IMG/VR virus record: IMGVR_UViG_3300022217_000187
Span: 1-52,219 of that record
Length of the DNA: 52,219 nt
Source: a virus
Taxonomy: Duplodnaviria > Caudoviricetes
Reading direction: 5' to 3' (one strand)
The notes below the pieces were generated by a model. It saw nothing but the letters and a program-made list of their open reading frames with translations. It was not told the origin of the DNA and ran no database searches. Positions within the stretch are counted from its first letter, which is position 1; every line of letters begins with the position of its first letter. This document shows positions 47,301 through 52,219 of the stretch, piece after piece. The position numbers were made by a program, and so were the translations under genes.

Positions 47301-49202
47301 TTGTCTGAAAAATCTATTGAAGAGCAATTTAAGAAATTAACAGATATTGATCATGTTCTATTATTGTCAACTAGATATATAGGATCTATTTCAAAACATA
47401 CTTCATTATCATGGTTAGTTAATAATGGTAATATGGTAAAAAAAGAAGTTTCTTGGAACCCTGGATTCTTAAAGATGTTTGATGAAATAATAACAAATTC
47501 AGTAGATGAATTTAAAAGGCCTTCTTCAAAACTCAATATTATTAAAGTATATATCAATAGAAATACTGGAGAATTTTCAGTTTGGGATAATGGAGGAATA
47601 CCTGTAGTAATGCATAAAGAAGAAAAAGTATATGTTCCAGAAATGCTTTTTAAAGAATTAAAATGTGGTTCTAATTTTGATATTTCACAAGATAGAGATT
47701 GGTCAGGTACTCATGGGGAAGGAGCTGGATTAGTAAATATATTTTCTAAAAAATTTATTGTTAAAACGGCCGATGGTAAAAACCAATTCAAACAAGTTTT
47801 TCAAAATAATACTAGAATTGTGGGATCACCGCAAATAAAATCATCAAATAATAATTATACTCATATAACATGGTTACCTGATTATGAAAAATTAAATACT
47901 ATTTTAGATGAAGGTAATTATCAAAAAATTATAAAACGAATATATGATATTTGTGCTTGTAATCCAAAACTTAAAATTTATTTAAATGATAAAAGAATTA
48001 AAATAAATTCTTTTAAAGATTATATAGAATTATATACAAAAGAATTTATATATGAAGAAAATGAAAATGAAAATTGGAAAATTGGAGTAGCTGAATCAAA
48101 TGAAGGATTTGACCATATATCATTTGTTAATGGTGAACATACGGCCGATGGCGGTACACATGTAGACTATATTACTAATCAAATACAAAATAAACTAAGA
48201 GAATTTTTTAAGAAAAAATATAAAGTAGATGTAAAACCTTCAATTATTAAGGATCATTTAACTTTATTTATAGATTCTACTATTATAAATCCCAAATATA
48301 CTGGACAAACAAAAGATAAATTAGAAACAGAAGTAAGAGACTATAAAACTAAATATACTGTAAGTGATAAATTTATTAGAAAAATAATAGTTTCTCCTAT
48401 TATTCAGAATGTTTTAGATTGGGTTGAGGCAAAAAAATATCAACAAGAACAACAAAGACTCAGGCAATTAAATAAAGAGAAAGCAAAAATTAATCCACGT
48501 AGAATAGTTAAATTTTCTGATGCAAATGAAAAGAAAAATAGAAATAAATGTATTTTATTTTTAACAGAAGGAGATAGTGCAAGTAAAGCTATTAATTCTG
48601 CTAGAGATACATTGACAATGGGAACTTATCCCCTTAAAGGTAAACCAATTAATGTTAGTGATGTAAAAATTTCTAAATTATTAGGGTTAGATAAAAAAGA
48701 TAAAACAATAGAAAACGAATTTGTAAATTTTATGACTATTATGGGATTACAAATTGGAGTTAAAGTTGAAGATCCTAAAGAATTATATTTTGGAAAAATT
48801 GCTACAATGACTGATGCGGATACTGATGGGAGTCACATTGTTGGGTTAACTATAAATATGATTTATAAATTTTGGCCAGAACTTTTTAAATTTGGTATGA
48901 TATATAGATTTATAACACCTTTGATTAAAGTTTATATTGGTAAGAAAACTTTAGAATTCTTTAATGAGAGTGATTTTAATTCATGGAAAGAAAAAAATAA
49001 AAATGTTAAATTTAAATCTAAATATTTCAAAGGATTAGGTACTTCTAAAACAGCTGATTTTGAAAAGTATTTATCTGATTTAGATAAGTATTTAATTCCA
49101 TTAACCATTGAAAATATGGAGGATACTGAAAGTATTGATTTAGCATTCAATAAAGCTCGATCAGACGATAGAAAAAAATGGCTTGAATTGGAGGAAAAAT
49201 GA
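47301..49202 (+). CDS. 39: type IIA topoisomerase large subunit (gp39+gp60 fused)
   Basis: DEIITNSVD, DNGGIP, EGDSA, PLKGK, TDADTDGSHI and KGLGT motifs. Confidence 0.95.
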   Translation: MSEKSIEEQFKKLTDIDHVLLLSTRYIGSISKHTSLSWLVNNGNMVKKEVSWNPGFLKMFDEIITNSVDEFKRPSSKLNIIKVYINRNTGEFSVWDNGGIPVVMHKEEKVYVPEMLFKELKCGSNFDISQDRDWSGTHGEGAGLVNIFSKKFIVKTADGKNQFKQVFQNNTRIVGSPQIKSSNNNYTHITWLPDYEKLNTILDEGNYQKIIKRIYDICACNPKLKIYLNDKRIKINSFKDYIELYTKEFIYEENENENWKIGVAESNEGFDHISFVNGEHTADGGTHVDYITNQIQNKLREFFKKKYKVDVKPSIIKDHLTLFIDSTIINPKYTGQTKDKLETEVRDYKTKYTVSDKFIRKIIVSPIIQNVLDWVEAKKYQQEQQRLRQLNKEKAKINPRRIVKFSDANEKKNRNKCILFLTEGDSASKAINSARDTLTMGTYPLKGKPINVSDVKISKLLGLDKKDKTIENEFVNFMTIMGLQIGVKVEDPKELYFGKIATMTDADTDGSHIVGLTINMIYKFWPELFKFGMIYRFITPLIKVYIGKKTLEFFNESDFNSWKEKNKNVKFKSKYFKGLGTSKTADFEKYLSDLDKYLIPLTIENMEDTESIDLAFNKARSDDRKKWLELEEK

Positions 49203-50503
49203 AACTAAAAGAATTTTTTGATAAAGACTTTAAAGCATTTTCGATATATGATGCCTATCGTAGTATACCTAATATTGTAGATGGGTTTAAGCCATCTCAA
49301 AGAAAATCAATTTATGGTATACTTAAAAAAGGTGGAGATGAAATTAAAGTAGCTAGAGCAGCTGCCGCTATATCAGAACTTACTGATTATCATCATGGAG
49401 AAGTTTCACTTGAGGGAGCAATTATAAAACTTGCTCAAGATTATCCTGGAACTAATAATATAAATCTTTTAGTTCCAGAAGGCCAATTTGGATCTAGATT
49501 AACACCCGAAGCATCTGCTTCTAGATATATTTTTACTGCTATTTCTGAAAACTTTAGAAAACTTTTCAAAAAAGAAGATGACTTAATTCTTAAATATTTA
49601 GATTCTGATGGCGAACAAATAGAGCCAGAATACTATTATCCCATTTTACCTATAGTATTAATTAATGGATCTGAAGGTATAGGAACTGGGTTTGCTTCTA
49701 CTATTTTTAATTATAATCCTAAAGAATTAAAAATATGGATATTATGTTACCTTAAACATAATAGAACATCAAATAACTTAATACCTTGGTATAAAGGTTT
49801 TAATGGAAAAATTTATAGAAATGATATTGGACAGGTAATTATTGAAGGTAAATATGAAATTGTAAATACTACCACTATCCGAGTAACTGAGCTTCCATTA
49901 GGCATACATCAAGATAAATATAAAGATATCTTGATTAAGCTTCAAGATAAGGGAGTAATTAAAGATTTTGATGATAATTCAAATGAATCTAAATGGGATT
50001 TTATAATTACAGTTCCTAGAACAACTACTAACTTTGATCATGATAAAATTATGTCAACTTTTAAATTAATTTCTAGGGATACTGAAAATTATACACTTTG
50101 GACAGAAAATAATAAGATTAGGAATTATGGTTCAGTTAATAATATTCTAATAGCCTTTACCGATTTTAGATTGAAGAAATATGAAGAACGTAGACTAAAA
50201 TTAATTGAACTTTTAAAAGCTGATCTAATTTGGTTAGAAGAAAAAAGAAGATTTGTAAGGTATTATTTAGAAAATCATTTGAATTTTGCTAAGAAAAATA
50301 AAAAACAATTATTTAAAATGTTAGAAGAAAATAAATTCTATAATATAGATAAATTATTAAAATTACCTATTTATTCACTTACAAAAGATGAAATTGAAAA
50401 ATTGAAAAATAAAATAAATGAAATTAAAGCAAATATTAAAGAATATAAAAATACAAATTCTAAAGAAATGTATATTAAAGAATTGGAGGAATTAAAATTA
50501 TGA
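49199..50503 (+). CDS. 52: type IIA topoisomerase medium subunit (gp52)
   Basis: DGFKPSQRK, YHHGE, ASRY and NGSEGIGTGF motifs. Confidence 0.95.
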   Translation: MKLKEFFDKDFKAFSIYDAYRSIPNIVDGFKPSQRKSIYGILKKGGDEIKVARAAAAISELTDYHHGEVSLEGAIIKLAQDYPGTNNINLLVPEGQFGSRLTPEASASRYIFTAISENFRKLFKKEDDLILKYLDSDGEQIEPEYYYPILPIVLINGSEGIGTGFASTIFNYNPKELKIWILCYLKHNRTSNNLIPWYKGFNGKIYRNDIGQVIIEGKYEIVNTTTIRVTELPLGIHQDKYKDILIKLQDKGVIKDFDDNSNESKWDFIITVPRTTTNFDHDKIMSTFKLISRDTENYTLWTENNKIRNYGSVNNILIAFTDFRLKKYEERRLKLIELLKADLIWLEEKRRFVRYYLENHLNFAKKNKKQLFKMLEENKFYNIDKLLKLPIYSLTKDEIEKLKNKINEIKANIKEYKNTNSKEMYIKELEELKL

Positions 50504-50703
50504 ATATAGATGAAAATACAATATTTGCAGTAGATACTTGTAGCGAAAGTGTTAGAGAAGTATTAGAGAAATGTTTAAATGAAAGTATAGTTAATGAAGA
50601 TAACTATAATGTTACATATAATGGGATTACATATGATATATATCAATGTGATGTTTATGGTATAGATGTTGGTAATATAAGATTTTATCGTTTAGTAAGT
50701 TAA
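50500..50703 (+). CDS. hypothetical protein
   Basis: Translationally coupled ORF. Confidence 0.55.
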   Translation: MNIDENTIFAVDTCSESVREVLEKCLNESIVNEDNYNVTYNGITYDIYQCDVYGIDVGNIRFYRLVS

Positions 50704-50964
50704 AATATTAGAATCGAAGGAGGGATTAAATTGATAAATCTTAAAGAGATGATAATATTATGTATAATAACATTTATTATTGGAATTATTACTACTTCTT
50801 ATGTTGATGATATAAAATGGCAAAAAATAATAGTGGAAAATAACTGTGGTCATTATAATTCAACAACTGGAAAATTTGAATGGAATAAAAAATAAAAATT
50901 CTTGACTTTGTAGCATAATTATTTTATAATATTATAAATAATAAAAATGAGGTGATATTGATAA

Positions 50965-51207
50965 ATGAAATATTTTAATTTTGAAAAATCTATATTTTCT
51001 TTTATAATAATCTATAAAAATTCACAAAATAATTTAGTTGAAAAAATTATTAGCGGACAAGTAAATCCTGATTCTATAAATTCAGCTTGGAAAGACGTCA
51101 TAAAAATACATAAAATTCCTGAAAAAAATATAGTGGAATTATATGGATTATCTCCTATTTATCATAAAGCTTCAGAAGAAAAATCTGAAGATCCTAAAGT
51201 AGCTTAA
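50965..51207 (+). CDS. hypothetical protein
   Basis: After promoter at 50902-50930. Confidence 0.55.
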   Translation: MKYFNFEKSIFSFIIIYKNSQNNLVEKIISGQVNPDSINSAWKDVIKIHKIPEKNIVELYGLSPIYHKASEEKSEDPKVA

Positions 51208-51218
51208 TAGGAATTTAA

Positions 51219-51647
51219 ATGAAATTTCTTATATGTTTATTTATAACTCATTTTATTAGTGATTTCTTTTTTCAATCTCGAAATATGGGGAAAAAGAAAT
51301 CCAAAGAAATATTATATTTAATATTACATGGAAATATTTTATTCTTCGCATTTATTCTATGTTCATTTATTTTTATAGAATATAATATTGCAGCTATGAT
51401 ATCCCTTTCTTTAGTAATTATTCATTGTCTACAAGATTGGTATATTTGGAGAATATACCAATATTATGTTTTAGTAAAATTACAGAATGAAAATTTAGGA
51501 TGTACAAATAAAGAGTTAAAAGAGTATATTAATAGTGAAGATTATAAATATTGGGAAGATTATTGGTTCTATGTAACTTTAGGATTAGATCAACTATTAC
51601 ATTTTATAACAATAATTTTAATTTGTATTTATTGGGGAGTAATATAA
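51219..51647 (+). CDS. DUF3307-like membrane protein
   Basis: HFISDFFFQ...H...H..QD...GLDQLLH. Confidence 0.8.
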   Translation: MKFLICLFITHFISDFFFQSRNMGKKKSKEILYLILHGNILFFAFILCSFIFIEYNIAAMISLSLVIIHCLQDWYIWRIYQYYVLVKLQNENLGCTNKELKEYINSEDYKYWEDYWFYVTLGLDQLLHFITIILICIYWGVI

Positions 51648-51648
51648 T

Positions 51649-52104
51649 ATGAAAATTGCAATATATCCAGGAAGTTTTAATCCTATACATGAAGGTCATA
51701 TTGATATTATTAGACAAACTAGAATGATTTTTGATAAAGTTATAATAGCTAGAGGAATTAATCCAAATAAAGAGTATAGTTATAAAAATTTAAAATTCCA
51801 AAGTTTAATATTTAATGATTATTTATGGAATAAATGTATAAAATATAATTATATTGATAATAATATTCAAGGTAAAATATTTCAAGGATTGTTTAGAGAT
51901 TTTATTATTGATTTAAAATCTTCTCCAGAAGCTATTATTAAAGGACTTAGAAATGGTCAAGATTTTGAATATGAAAAGAATCAACAATATTGGAATGAAG
52001 ATTTAGGAATTTCTATTCCAACCTTTTATATTATATCAAATAGGAATCTTTGTCATATATCTAGTTCTGCTATTAGAGGATTAGAAAAATTTAAAGGAGA
52101 TTGA
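51649..52104 (+). CDS. coaD: phosphopantetheine adenylyltransferase-like (HxGH nucleotidyltransferase)
   Basis: YPGSFNPIHEGH, NPNK, GLRN..DFEYE and ISSS motifs. Confidence 0.75.
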   Translation: MKIAIYPGSFNPIHEGHIDIIRQTRMIFDKVIIARGINPNKEYSYKNLKFQSLIFNDYLWNKCIKYNYIDNNIQGKIFQGLFRDFIIDLKSSPEAIIKGLRNGQDFEYEKNQQYWNEDLGISIPTFYIISNRNLCHISSSAIRGLEKFKGD

Positions 52105-52107
52105 AAA

Positions 52108-52219
52108 ATGAACAAACCGATTAAACCAATTAAAGCCTATTATTTCGCTAATAAAAACCGCCAATTAAACTATGGCGACAATAGACACATCAGAATAGGT
52201 AGGACTCATAAAGTTGACG
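52108..52219 (+). CDS. paralog 3 of the Ala-repeat family (truncated by window end)
   Basis: MNKPIKPIKAYYFANKNRQLNYGDNRHIRIGRTHKVD. Confidence 0.75.
   Translation, partial: MNKPIKPIKAYYFANKNRQLNYGDNRHIRIGRTHKVD

Noticed and set aside
1-52219. Stop-codon reassignment
   Set aside because: Long conserved genes are intact in the standard code, TAG and TGA end genes normally, and no suppressor tRNA was found.

Overview
A very AT-rich segment of a large T4-like (myovirus-type) phage genome, read in the standard genetic code. Core T4-type genes are UvsY, UvsW, gp46/gp47, late sigma gp55, RNase H, gp39/gp52 topoisomerase and a gp68-like prohead core protein. Accessory genes include a second sigma70-family factor, an AEP primase-helicase fusion and a WGR-PARP. 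There is also a translation-support set: about 31 tRNA/tRNA-like genes covering all 20 amino acids, a CCA-adding enzyme, Rnl2, a GGQ factor, an HD alarmone hydrolase and MazG. Signals that gene calls do not explain: (i) an ornate ~330-440 nt candidate ncRNA at 25.3-25.8 kb; (ii) two copies of a covarying multi-stem element bracketed by inverted TATAAATA boxes, one directly before the primase-helicase; (iii) a leader-peptide attenuator ahead of the tRNA array; (iv) gene cassettes flanked by direct repeats of a conserved ribosome-binding motif; (v) non-canonical start codons on gp55 and rnh; (vi) several structurally deviant tRNAs. Some small genes have 1-2 nt frameshifts in homopolymers, which may be assembly errors. 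All family calls come from motif recognition by eye; no database searches were run.
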